Part shown: one piece after another, positions 1-13,100 of the stretch
Layout: each line of letters starts with the position of its first letter
Position numbering within the stretch: position 1 is the first letter of the stretch
NCBI GenBank assembly: GCA_003344405.1
Contig: NOWV01000137.1
Location: 62,001 to 126,000, forward strand
Reading direction: 5' to 3'
Length of the DNA stretch: 64,000 nucleotides
Origin: Trichoplax sp. H2
Lineage: Eukaryota
Notes under the pieces: model-generated
Seen by the model: only the letters and a program-made list of their open reading frames with translations
Databases searched by the model: none
Told to the model about the DNA's origin: nothing
Program-made: the position numbers and the translations under genes

Positions 1-3000
1 ATTGGAAACAAATGCAACCAAAATCTGTGGACAAAATATTGCATGTTTATTTGATGCAGCTGTAACAAATTCTCTTGCTATTGGTTTACAGTCTAGATTA
101 GTAGATCAGACCAATAATCAAGCAAAGGAAGAATTAGGTAACGTAGGCAATTGGCTATATTATAAGTAATTTTTGTGTTTTGCGTAATATAAACATAAAT
201 TTTTAGTAAGAGCATTTGCACATTACCATAAATACAAAATGTAGATATAGTCTGGTCTATATACGGGTATTTACCACGATAAAAGAGTAAAGTTACTCTG
301 ACTATCTACGATTATTTTTGCGAAATATAAAAATGATATTATTATAAGTGTGTTTACTTGTCTTATCAGATAGCTAGTGTAGTTTATTCTAAGAATGAAT
401 ATTTTGCAAATATATATGAATAAAGTCTCATTTCGGATACGCTTACTTGCCTTGACAAATACTTGATGTAATCTGCGGGTATTTTTTGTCAAACATAAAT
501 ACGACTCTTTAGTTGGAATATTAATTTGTCACGGCAAATACAATATAAGCCAAATAGTCTAGCCTATCGATCAGCATTTGCAGTAATTAAAAATCATCTT
601 TCTCGTCGAATTCTAGACCATGAACCTCCACAAATGATCGTGCCTGCATCTATTAACGTAACGGTTGGCTCTACGGTTTCTTTTACTGTTACTGCTTCAA
701 GCAATAATGGATATAGCATCAATTTTACGATATCAGGTCTGCTACCTACTGGAATAACATTCTCTAATGGTAGCAGCAATGGTAGCTTTGTCTGGAATGC
801 TACATCAGCCAGTCCAGTATCCCTAACATTTATCGCTACTGATAGCAGAGGTAGGTCCTCCTCCGTAACACCAATTGTCAATATGTGCAATTGTACGAGC
901 AATGGCCAATGTATGTTTAATGCTGCCGTTGGAGAAGCGTTTGCTGTGGTTCCATGCAAGTGTTCTGCAGGATATACTGGTCTTCGATGCGAGAACAATA
1001 TTGATGCATGCCTAGCTAATCCAGATGCATGCTATCCAGGAGTAAAATGTACAGATCAACCACCTCCAGCTGGAATAAATGGCTTTACTTGCAGTCCATG
1101 TCCTGCAGGGCTTAACGGGAATGGAAGTACATGTACAGGTAAGCCATGGTTTACAATAATCGTTACCAATTAAGGAGATAGTTGTTAGGAATCGTTTTAG
1201 TAACGTAGAAATTGTAGCAGGATAGAGTTATTATAAATGAGAAAGGGTGATGAGAATGATCTTTATGAGCAAACCTGCTGCTGAAAATACAAGAGTGTTG
1301 AGGAACTGTAATTCATTAAACTTAGGAGAATTTTTAATGATACAGCTCATAAATGACTTATTGCAGACATTAATGAATGCCTGGGATCTCAGCATAAATG
1401 TAATCAAACTTGTGTCAACCTGGTTGGCTCTTATCGTTGTCAATGTCGATCTGGATATCGCTTAAATGCTGATGGCAAGGGGTGTCAAGGTAATGCTTCG
1501 ATTCTGCCTTTAATTTGATTAATTTGAAATCGTTTCTCTATTCTATCAAGTAAAAAAGACGATAAACAATAGATTTCTGAATTAAAGTTAATTAATTTAT
1601 GTGTGTAAATCATATCTTAAGATATAAATGAATGCATTGGACTAAATAACTGTCAGCAAACATGCATTAATCAGCCAGGTGGTTTTCGGTGTTCTTGCTT
1701 CGCCAATTTTATCCTTAATGTTGATGGTCGGACTTGCAGAGGTTATATTAGTTTTTCTCTTCTTTGATAGTTCTTACTCTTAATAGATATTATGTTGTAT
1801 TGCTACATATGGTAGATTTGAAAACTCAATTACTTTTTGCACGTATTCCAAATAGCAAATAATTCTTGCCCTCAACCGAATGTATGTGGAAATAACCTTT
1901 GCCATCTAGAAGGCACTGCTGAAATTTGTACTTGCAAAAAAGGCTATCGATTAACTGGTCCTAATACCTGTATAGGTTAGTTTGCTACAACATCAATGCG
2001 GTAATGATGAGATTGAAATTTTTCAACTATGAGTCCTATAGGCTAAATTTCTTATCCGGAAATGATACAGATATCAACGAATGTTTGGCTAACAACGGTG
2101 GCTGTTCTCAACTGTGTGATAATACCGTCGGAAGTTTTCGTTGCATGTGTAGAAAAGGGTATTTACTGGATTCTACTGAATTCTGTAGAGGTAAGAACAC
2201 CTATTTATGATAAATGGTGCATTACCTACGGAAATTGAAAGGAATGTTAGCCACATTACTTGTAGGATCTTGTTTATCATGACGAATATTAGATTTGTTA
2301 ACCCGAAAGAAGTACTTCATTCTGATAAATATGTAGTTTTCCAATATTATTTCTATGTCACTATATTAATTTCCATCTTATTCTTTCTACTATTAAGATA
2401 TTGATGAATGCTCTAGAAGTGATGATTTATGCCAGCCAACACAAATTTGCCGAAATACACCATCAAATTATTACTGTATTTGTCGTCCTGGGCTAGTATT
2501 TATGAATGGAAGATGCCAACTACGTAAGATTGTAGAACAAGTGCTGATGGAGAACATTGATTTATCTACCATTAGTTCCAAACATACAGCTATTTTCAAG
2601 TGTAATTACTTAGGATGTGGTTCTTTGGTCTTTTTCTGATTTATAACTATCTTTTTGGTTGTTTAGCTCCGTCCAATTATGTTCCACCAACTCAACCTCC
2701 ACCGAATGCCGATCAGACCCAGAATTCCGTTCAAGCTCTATTTCAGTATGGTATTGCAACACAGGTTGATCATTCGTCCAAATACAACTGGCATCTTCAT
2801 TCTGTAATCTGATTACATCGATTTTATTGCATTTTCTTATCTTATCTTTTCCTATTTTTTATTTATTTGGGTTATGATTGCAGTGGAATATGAATACCAA
2901 TAATGCATTTAAAGCAGCTTTAGCTGTGATTGTAACCAATTACTGTGCCAGTCAAAGTCAGAATTGCATGATCCAGAATCGAAGGTATAGTCTAAATTTT

Positions 3001-5487
3001 GAAACTCGTAGAGAAGATGTCAATCCGGAACAGAGTTACGAGCAGCACTAATAGCACCATGATTTATGCTTAGCGACAGTTATTTTAATTGGAGTTGTTT
3101 TTTCGGATTTTCCTGTTATAGCTCCGTTTTTACGCAAGGTGACATCCAAATCCAGCCAGGCTATCCTAAAGCCAATGGGTATATTATACCATTTTGCAGC
3201 TGCATTTTAAATTATTTCATGACTCGTAAAATACATCTAACCAATTATTACTAATGCTATATGATATTAGCAATAATAACCTCGTCATCTTCTACGTCAA
3301 CCTACCGCCAAGTGCTCAATTAGTTGGAGCTTCCAAAGTTGTTCCTTCAACTGTTCTTGTTAATATTGTAAGAAATAATTCGATCCATATGGCAGCTGCG
3401 GTTGGTGCTCTACGAGTCACTACTATTTCACAAGTTGCAACATCGCAACCTACTATGGCTACAACATTATCTACGGTATCTTCGAGAGATAATTTGATAA
3501 TTGGCTTAACGTTAGGTATTGGTGGTGGTGTGGTGTTATTATTATTTGCATTTGCTGGGTAAGATTCTAATATACTCAAAGCTTCGATATTACTAGGTTT
3601 TACGATTTTAGATTATGATTGCTATATGGAGTCAAAGACTTGTAATGTATTTTTTATTAATTATGTCAAAAGTTTTTACACATACTAGCTCACATAGCCA
3701 ATTGCAGATTGCTGCATGATCACTATGTATTTACCTGTACTCATAAAATATTAGTGAGGAGAGTTATCAAGTGAGATTTCAAGTAAGTCTTCCATTTTTC
3801 TCTCCTACTAGTCCCTGTAATCTTGAGCTCACTGTCCATATTTGTTTATATGATATTTTATGCGGAGTGCAATTTGATCGCCGACGATTTGCATGTACTG
3901 CTGCAAGATTCGCTAGAATAGATGTTGTGTGTGACTTTAATGGGGTTTTAATAGGGTGCCAAGTGAGATTTCAATTCAGTCTCCCATTTTTACTCCTACT
4001 AACCCATGTATCGTAGGTTTATTGCCAATATTTGATTTTATGATGTCTCAAGCGGATTGCTATCGATTTGCTTAGACAGCTTCAAGACTAGCTAAGATAG
4101 ATATTAAGTGTAATTTCAATAGGATTTTAATAAGATTTCACTGGCCTTACTTGTACTGTTTCGTATTGTATCTTGCATTAAAGTTACTGTCTGATAATCG
4201 TAGATTTGCAACCATTAATGAAAGAATATTTAGAATAGATCAAGGTGGTCTTTACCAGATCTAGCAGTTATAACTCCTGTTCGCATACACTTAGGCGCTA
4301 TCATAGATTACCATTACTTCACGATAGTCTTCAATATATTTCATGGGATATTAATGAGATGCCATTCTATATTTTTATATAATAGCTTTCCATCCTAAAA
4401 TTTATCAGGTTTTAATGGAAAAGTCTTATCACGAATTGCGCTTGCTCACATGAAATTTATTATGATAAATGATTTATTACGCTAAAATGTTCAAGTATAG
4501 CTTTAATTAAGTCTAACAACTTTACTCATACTGGCCAACATAATTTTGATCCTGCTTGCTGCATGATAGTAATAAACTTTTTGCATATGCTGGTGAATGG
4601 TAAAGATATCAAATAAGTTTTTAATAATAGCTGAGTGTTATAAATCTTACTTATGTTAACTCGTACCGTTGGATCTATATGCATTGATGGAAAATCAATT
4701 GATATTAATATCTACTTATCTCATAGATTGGTTTTAATAGTATCATAGAATTCTCACCCATATTATCTGATAACATTAGATTTCCTTGCATTGATGTTCA
4801 ATTAGTAAAGATAGAATGATAGACAGTATAATAAGCGTGGTTTTAGTAGTATCATAAAGCTATTGCTCATACGACTTCATAACTTTAGATTTCCTTGTAC
4901 TGATATCCGATTAGTAAAGATAGAATGATAAATAATATTGGGTATGGTTGTAACAGCATCTTACAGTACTCACCTTCAGTATACTAGACTGATAACCTTA
5001 AATTTTCTTGTACTGTATATCCGATTAGTCATGATATGTTTGATGTTATATCAGATGGTTTTAATAAGCCCACATTATCTATACTGCTGCTAGATCGCTA
5101 TAAATATATATGCAAAAGCTTAATAGATGATTGATTTCATGTCTAGCTTAATCAAGACTTAAAATGGCTTTTTCAAACCAAATTATAAGATTTGGGATTA
5201 TGATTACTGTTTATTGTTATAGGTTTACGATGTATCGTTTGGATGGAATTAGTTTATAGTTGTACTGGTCTAGACAAGCTGACATTATAATTCCAATTAT
5301 TATACTGTTACATAGCTGAATCTATTTTGTCATTGCAACGCAATCAAGAGCCTTATTTAAATCTATTTGGTATTACGCTTGTAGATATTACTTTAGGAAA
5401 GGTAAAAGGCCTGACGCGGCAGAAGGTCGAAAATCCAAGCTGTATTGCGAGAAAGCGAGAGAATTAACCAAACTAAATGACTTGTAA
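1..5487 (+). CDS. Mucin-like (MUC4/SUSD2-type) EGF-repeat transmembrane protein, paralogue A; 5' part outside the window, multi-exon
   Basis: Exons ~1-137, 617-1138 (Ig/cadherin-like plus 2 EGF), five EGF exons starting ~1367, 1622, 1856, 2072, 2398 (DINEC.../DIDEC...), then ~2667-2764, 2884-2984, 3122-3178, 3270-3558 ([24 protein letters not shown]) and 5385-5487 (tail [33 protein letters not shown]). GT-AG introns at the same positions as in paralogues B and C. Confidence 0.88.
3768..4140. repeat. Two diverged ~190-bp direct repeats in the last intron of paralogue A
   Basis: caagtgagatttcaagtaagtcttccattttt (~3768) versus caagtgagatttcaattcagtctcccattttt (~3960); both followed by ...ctagaatagatgttgtgtgtgactttaatggggttttaatag / ...ctaagatagatattaagtgtaatttcaataggattttaataag. 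Confidence 0.7.
4728..5070. repeat. Degenerate ~110-bp tandem repeat (about 3 units), intronic
   Basis: Recurring tggttttaatagtatcata...taacattagatttccttgcattgatgttcaattagtaaagatagaatgata at ~4729, ~4838, ~4945. Confidence 0.7.
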
Positions 5488-5655
5488 TTTTGCTTGTCAA
5501 CTTTCATGTCGTCAGGGGTAACCTATTTTATTACTATCGTCTTTACATTTGTAGAAGTAGTTTACCAATCGTTTGGCCTTTATTCAACATAGGATTTTAT
5601 TTTTAGGCCACTATTTTATCAATATTGTTTTATTTTGATTACGTTACATAAAATA

Positions 5656-5778
5656 TTATACAGAAATCCAATTTCTTACGGCAGATTCTTGCGTATAGGA
5701 ATTTTTAATTACTTTGTTTATGATGCAGTCTACGGCTTGAAAATTGGATGCAAGTACTACAGCGGCATTTGGTAGTCC
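5656..5778. other. Conserved post-stop element, copy A (antisense micro-exon or structured 3' element)
   Basis: Aligns with 14809-14931 and 29181-29296. Invariant blocks GCAGATTCTTGC, ACTTTGTT, ATGATGCAGTCTACGGCTTGAAA, CAAGTACT, GTAGTCC. Minus strand reads VLASNFQAVDCIINKVIKNSYTQESAVRNWISV*. Confidence 0.8.
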
Positions 5779-7111
5779 GTTAGAATTAGAAGTCTATGAT
5801 TACAAATTATTTTAAATATTTGAAATGAATTTTTGCTATGTTTATCTCCATGATGCTTGATGATTCAGAATTAGACGCTGTAAGGATTATCAAAACTAGG
5901 ATGATATTGCTTAACTCTAGTTCTTCAAGGTGTATCATGATTGCTATTCCAACCGCATTTATTTAATCATCAGCAATCAATTCATCTATGGCAGCCTTGA
6001 AATTCATTTTCTAACTGCCCGTACTGTACGTTCATTTACTTGAAATGACTGCATCATTTTACTCTTGCTGTATTCTACAATAATCGTTAAAGGAATAAAA
6101 AGGTGTGATTTAAAATATCAAACTTTATGTACTTGAAGTAAATAAGTGCCTGTGACTTATTTGCCTAACGAGTAAAGCAGGAAAAAATTTACTATATAAG
6201 CAACAAAGATGCTCAGTACTGTGGCCGTAAAAAGAGAATGATCAGGGTTACTTTACTTTGTCGTGCCAATTAGCATATAAACTATTTTGATGAACTAATT
6301 ACACATCAACAACGTCAGTTATTGACAATCAAGTGATCCAATGCCGGTAATCCATAGGATGAAGAAGAGATGGCGAATACAATTTTAAATGCACAGTAGA
6401 AATAGAAGAGTTTCCTTTTTTTCGCTATTTTTTAACTTGCATCGCTCTGGGTTTCAATTAAAGTAAGTCGATCTATTTTTATACAATTCGTCGAGCTGAT
6501 ATCATTATTTCCATGATTGTTGAAGAATTTTATTCCATGCAGAGACTAATAGGCGTGTTACGTCAAGAATTCTTCAGAATAAAGAAGTAAACTATTCCAA
6601 ATTGAATACAAAAGCAAGCATCAACGAGTATGGTTACCAGAATGGCAACATCGATTGTTTACCAGTTATGTTCCCAATCTACATAAGAATAGCAGATCAT
6701 GGTAACTGTTTGAATTGATTAGTTATTCTCTATCCTTTCTATGAATGCAGTAAAACTAAGTCTTTGTTGATTACAAGAATAGCCTAAGGCAGCAACTTTG
6801 GGTTGGGCACGGCATGACTAATGCATTGACGTCGATTCCACACCTAAGCCGCATTTTGTCGGCGGCGATCAAATTTACTCATCACTGGACGGCCTGTTTT
6901 CACTGTTGGGTGGTAACGGCGCCGACATTAACTAAATTTACTTGGTTAAAGCTCCCTGCTAAGGCAAATTAATTCGTTTGCTTTCCATCCTAATAAGAAG
7001 TCCGATCGAAACGATCCGTTGTATTATATTTAGATCCATCTTGATTGCCCATTAGATTTTCTAACCTTCATTTTTTTAGTGTTTGAACTTGATTAAAAGG
7101 CAATCTTCACC

Positions 7112-10100
7112 ATGCTGAAATTGGCGGTTTTAGCCATCGTCTTGGGCTGTTTTATAACAGCACCGGTTTCTGCTCAAGAATCTATGTCACTCTTCCTTTT
7201 TAGTGACTCTGACGTCTTGATTACAGAATCTACCGCTGTGGTTGTTACATCTTCCATTACAACTGGTTTTGAAAGTACTATGAGTATGCAAACAACGATG
7301 ATGTTTTCCTCCAGCATTGCACCACCAACTAATCCTACCTCTACCTTAACCCCGCAACCAACGCCAGCTAGCGGTAAGATCGACGTTAGAAAAAATTTGT
7401 AGGCCAGATATTAATGATAAACTGTCTAGAGATGGTCTGCGATGCGAAAAAAAATTACTATAATCCTTTGCTATAATTAATCTGTTGGACTATAATGGAA
7501 TGGCGGCGGGGTAATGCGATCCTTGCTCTGAGAAAAACACCGGCATAGAATTAAAATACTCTGAAATATATGAAATAGGAAGATTGCTATCTTTTTCAAC
7601 CAGATACCATTATTCATTTAATAAGATTTCTTGCAATTTCGATAAACTGTAGATGATAAAGTTTGTAACTTCATTTTTTTTAACTGAAAGCAACAGTAAT
7701 AAATGATAAAATTTAATACTATCAGCTACCTTCGATCAGATTTGATCGCTAACATTGAATTAAATCGAATAATTAGATAGTGGAAATTTACGTCCATTTT
7801 CCAAGAATATGGCTGTCCCATGCGGTGCTACTTGTCCAAGCGTAAATATACCACAATCCATTGGATTACCAATTTACGGAAAGTTATACTACAAAGCTTA
7901 CGTAAGTATCAATATCGTGTAAAAATTGATTTGAATTTTCTCCCCTTATCCTCAGAATCGACGAAGTGGATCGATTTATGACTGAGAAAATGACTACAAC
8001 TTCATATAAATTAATAGAACAAAGAAGGAAGATTATCATATGGGTGTACTTACGGGTAATAACAGTTATTGCTCTTACAATAGAAACCGGGTTAGGCTAG
8101 TGGCAGTAGTGTAATGATTACTTGATTAACTATCTGAAAGCCCTTAGACAACCCCTAATCGAATACTCGTGAAAATTAATCCTACACAGGCAACCATCCT
8201 ATAGATCATTGATTCCAGGAGAGTACCGTTAATAGCACCAATATTGATGGAAAAATTTAATTTTAAATCTTTAAGCTTACTGTAAAGAGGCCGTTAGACA
8301 CAGCTAGACCGTCCGGAAGAAAGTAAAAGACGGCTTAAATGATGATCTATTATAATTATACTACGTTAGACATACTCATTTCCATTCACTTTATTCGATT
8401 CATGATCCTTCCTGCCATAGTATCCTACGCAGATAAATCTTTAATTCATATTACCGGTATCCGATTTTAGATTTGTGGCAATGGCATGGTTACTTTCAAC
8501 CGAAATTCTTGGATTAAATACCCTGTGCCGTTTGGTAGCTCTGCTGCTATTAGAGGATTGACAGCTATCTCACCATTTTGGTGTTTAGCTTCATCTCAAC
8601 AGCCCAATTGTACTGGTACTTATTACGAAACACTTAGAATGGATTTATTAACCACATACAGCAACGAGATCCGAACTGGATTTCAGAAGCCTAATTTTAA
8701 TGCAACTTGGGGATTACAAGTTACTTGGGAAAACATCTTAGCCGATGGTGCACAGCCCAATTCAACAATGGTAGGTATTAAAAAAATGATATTCCATAGG
8801 TATCATCAAAGATTTAGCAATTTATTATAACTATCTAGAGACCAATCTTAAGCTTCCTATTTCTCAATATATTCGCAGCAAAATTCCTTCCAATTGCAGT
8901 TATTAACCGATGGGATCTCGACTTATACACTCTTCCGTTATCCAAGAAATGGTATTATGTGGTCATTACCCGCTGATAATAGCCTGCTAACCAATATAAG
9001 AGTTGGTCTACCTGTCGCCGGATGGAGTGCTGGTCGATCAATGCCTGCTCGATATCAAAGTATTAGTAAATCAGGAACACTCGGAATTTCGCAGGTTTTA
9101 ACCGGCATGAAGACCAACACTGGCCAACGTGGCTACTGGAGATTTGCGTAAGTATTATTGCTATATTAACATATTCCACGAGTAATGAGTAGATATAAAG
9201 AAGATATAAAGATGTAGAAAAACTTATCTTTGAAAATTGTTCTTGCTGCTAGTAAATTAAATAATTGAATGTTGATGATGACCGTAATATTGTTATTAAT
9301 TGCTATCATTTTGACCTTTAGGCTTACTAATGCTACTCGAAGACTTAGCGAAGGTTCCTGCAGAGCATTCTTAGCTCAAGCAACACCAGTTGGCAATCCA
9401 CTTCGATGTCCTTGTTCATTTGGACAAATTCTTTTTGATCGACGTTTCCAATTCGATGCTTCTATTGCTAATCATATCTGCTATCGAACAAGATTTACTC
9501 GCAATGGCCTTAGTCGACGATGCTGCTATCGATTAAGGAGGCCAGGATTTGGTGCTTACCAACGAGGACCGACTAACATTAATGGAGGATTTGTGGCTCG
9601 ATTTAGCCAAGGCCGATTAGATACTAGTGGGCATAGTTTCTGTTGTAATTCACAAACACCCATTGCTCTATGCCTTCAGTTCTACAGGCAGTATCCAAGT
9701 GGAAATTGTCGCCGTCCACCACGCCTATGTATGTTGCATCTTTCAAATTGATTTCATTTTACTCGTATAGCAATAATTTCGATATACCTTACGAATCGAT
9801 TTATTAACTGACAGTGACTGTATTCATTTCTTTTTATTTTTCTTCCATTTAAACACAGCCTGGTTTTGGGGAGATCCTCATTTCACTACTTTGGATTCTC
9901 TCACCTATACCTTTAATGGACTTGGCGATTTTACCTTGGTCCGCAATCGGACAGCGAGCGCAGTTCCATTCGAATTTCAAAGTCGCTGCGTTGAAGTTTC
10001 CAACGGTGCTGGTGCAACAGTATTTAATGCTGTTGGTGGTTATGAAGGCAATAGTGGTATAATTGAATTTAAAGCGAATAATGTAACTAAACAAGTGGAT

Positions 10101-13100
10101 GTCTACTATAATCGCACATTGCAGATGGTTGGAAATCAATCCGTCACTTTCGGTAATGGTGCAATATACGTTACCGTAAATGGAACAACCATCACTGCTG
10201 AATTTGAGTCAGGTCGGTGTAGGAAGTGTGAAAATCAGTATCGCAGTATTAGCTAAGTTAATGAATATCGTATATATTGCTTTTCGAAATCTATCGAATG
10301 GTCTGGTAGTCGATTATGATCTATTCGTATATTGCTTTCGAAAGCTTAGACGCAGAAGAGATGTTAATAAATAAATAACTCAACAATTAATAAATTGATC
10401 ATATTTTCGAATCACATAGGAACTGTAATACAGTCTAGCTTGCGCCCTGATAATATTCTGGATTCATCGATATCATTATCGCGAGACTATTTTAACAACA
10501 CTGAAGGACTGTTAGGTCTATGGGATGGAGTAGCATCCAATGACTTTACAAGTAGCTCAGGCGTACAACATAACATTTCTACTAAAACCCCTCAAGAAAT
10601 ACATGGAATTGGTCTTACGTGTAAGCTACTTACCTTAAATAAAATATATGCGATAACACTCATCATCATCTAACATATCTGGAATATTAATATAATAGCA
10701 ATTTGTCAACATCAATTCTATTCCATTTGCAATTTGTAGGGGCTGTATCTGCCAATCTAAGGCTGTTAGTCGGTAATCCTCCGTCATCATTAGATTATCA
10801 GCCCGTCTTTACCAACAACGTAAACTTTAGCACACCAGAATTGCAAGGGAACGCAACGGATGTTTGCGGCTCAGATCCAGCATGTTTATTTGATGTAGCA
10901 GTGACCAATTCTATTGGCGTAGGGAATCAATCCAAAATTGTTGGCCAGACTCTAACCAGAGAAAAGGAAGAATTAGGTAAGTTTCAATAGTAACTGTTGT
11001 ATTACTAATATTCTGATACTTGTAGAATTACTCTATCACTTTGTTCCACCAAGAAATACCTTTGTAGTTTATAACCGACTCATTACTATAGGTAAGACGG
11101 TGACTTTAACATTGTTATCATTTATTTCTCTCCGCTATGCCTCAGATCATGAACCTCCTAGTATGATTGGACCATCATCCATCAATGTCACTGTTGGCTC
11201 CAACGAATCTTTCGTCATAACTGCTACTAGCCCGAATGGATACAACATTAATTTTACCTTAACGGGCAATTTACCGAAGGGAATTAACTTTGTCAATGGA
11301 AGCGCTGTTGGTAGCTTTAGCTGGGATGTCTCGTCTGCTAATCCTGTTTCGCTAACTTTTATTGCAACTGATAGTAAAGGAAAGTCCAGTACTTTTACGC
11401 CAGTGGTTAATATGTGTAACTGTTCCATGAATGGCCAATGCATGTGGAATTCTGCAGTTGGAGAAGCGTTCGCTGCCGTTCCATGCCAATGTTCAGCTGG
11501 CTATACAGGATCACGATGTGAAAGCGATATTGATGGATGCGCCGCCAATGCTGATGCATGCTTTCCTGGAGTAACTTGTACAGATAAACCAGCGTCAGCT
11601 GGATTACCTGGCTTTACTTGTGGTAGTTGTCCTGTAGGATTTTCAGGAAATGGAGTCAACTGTATAGGTTAGTGAAGATATTCTGCTTGAAAAATAATGC
11701 TAACAAAGGCAACATGATCGAATGAAATAATGAGCAAATGTTTATATATCCTTGTAGATATCAATGAATGCCAAGTATCCAATGGTAATTGCGGTAGTAT
11801 TTGCGTTAATACTATTGGCTCATATCGATGTACATGTCCTAGCGGATATTATTTGGCCATGGATGGAAGAACGTGCCAAGGTTTAAAAGATTTAACAATC
11901 ATGCTTGCTTTTCCTCATTCCCTATTAGATTTTAATACCGTTAGGCTAATATGAAACTTACTGATTGAATGCTATTTATGTAGATATAAATGAGTGTAAT
12001 TCGACCAATGACTGTCAGCAAATTTGTATCAATACTATGGGTGGCTATAATTGTTCATGCAATACCAACTTTGCGCTGAATCCTGATATGCGAACATGCA
12101 ATGGTAAAGCTCTATGTAGATGTTGTGAAAGAGTCCTACCTAATGTAATAATATGGCATGTATAAGTCACCAGATGCAATATTATGAGATACAGTAGATT
12201 TAGTAAAATACTGCTGCAATATAGCGTGGGATACTCTCTAGCGTGCCTAGAACATTAATACTTTAGGAATCATCATGTAATACTTGATATATTAATGTGG
12301 CTTATACAGAGGAATAGTACTGTAGTTATCATTGGAATTTCACCCATTAATAAAATCAATTTTTTTCAGCTACTGCTCCCTGTCCACAGCCAAATAGTTG
12401 TGGCATGCATTTCTGTCAAATGCAAGGTGGAAATCAAGTGTGTACTTGTAGGAAGGGCTATAGGAAAGACATGAATGGCAACTGTACTGGTAAGTAAACT
12501 AGTAAACCTGTGTCATACTTGTGACGATTATTGGTATAACAACTGTATGATCTATCAGAATATTGCTAAAATTCTGCTATTTTTCTATCACTTAAAGATA
12601 TCAACGAATGTTTAATAAATAATGGTGGTTGTTCGCAAAACTGTAATAATACCAACGGCGGCTACTTTTGCTCTTGTAGACAGGGATATCAGCTAGATAC
12701 CGGCAAAAAAAATTGCATCGGTAATAATGATAAATTTGTTAATCTAGCAGTTTTGCAAACGTAGCAATGACTTACGTCCTAATAGCCTAAGTTTGCTGAT
12801 TAAAATCTAAATCAACCTTTAAAATTTTCTAAAGATGTTGATGAATGTACCGCTGGTACTGATTCCTGCCAACCAACTGAGTTATGTCGAAATACCCCAA
12901 CTTATTATTACTGTATCTGCCGACCTGGTCTTGTATTCATGGATGGAAAATGTGAAATAAGTACGTTGAAATAATACCGTCGTATTCGATATTCTAATAG
13001 ACTAGGAATTGAGCATTCAAGATACAAAATATAAAAAATCTTATTTTGATAAAGGCATATGCTAACTGTATGATATAATTATTGGGTCATTGATGGTAAT

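Noticed and set aside
594-998. Antisense ORFs over mucin exons (also 3316-3579, 9849-10139, 11147-11443, 25607-25828)
   Set aside because: Shadow frames of the real + strand exons.
5720-5778. Conserved element as a SECIS (ATGA...AAA...)
   Set aside because: ATGA-to-AAA spacing is 16 nt rather than 11-12, there is no 3' GA quartet partner, and no in-frame UGA was seen in the mucin exons.
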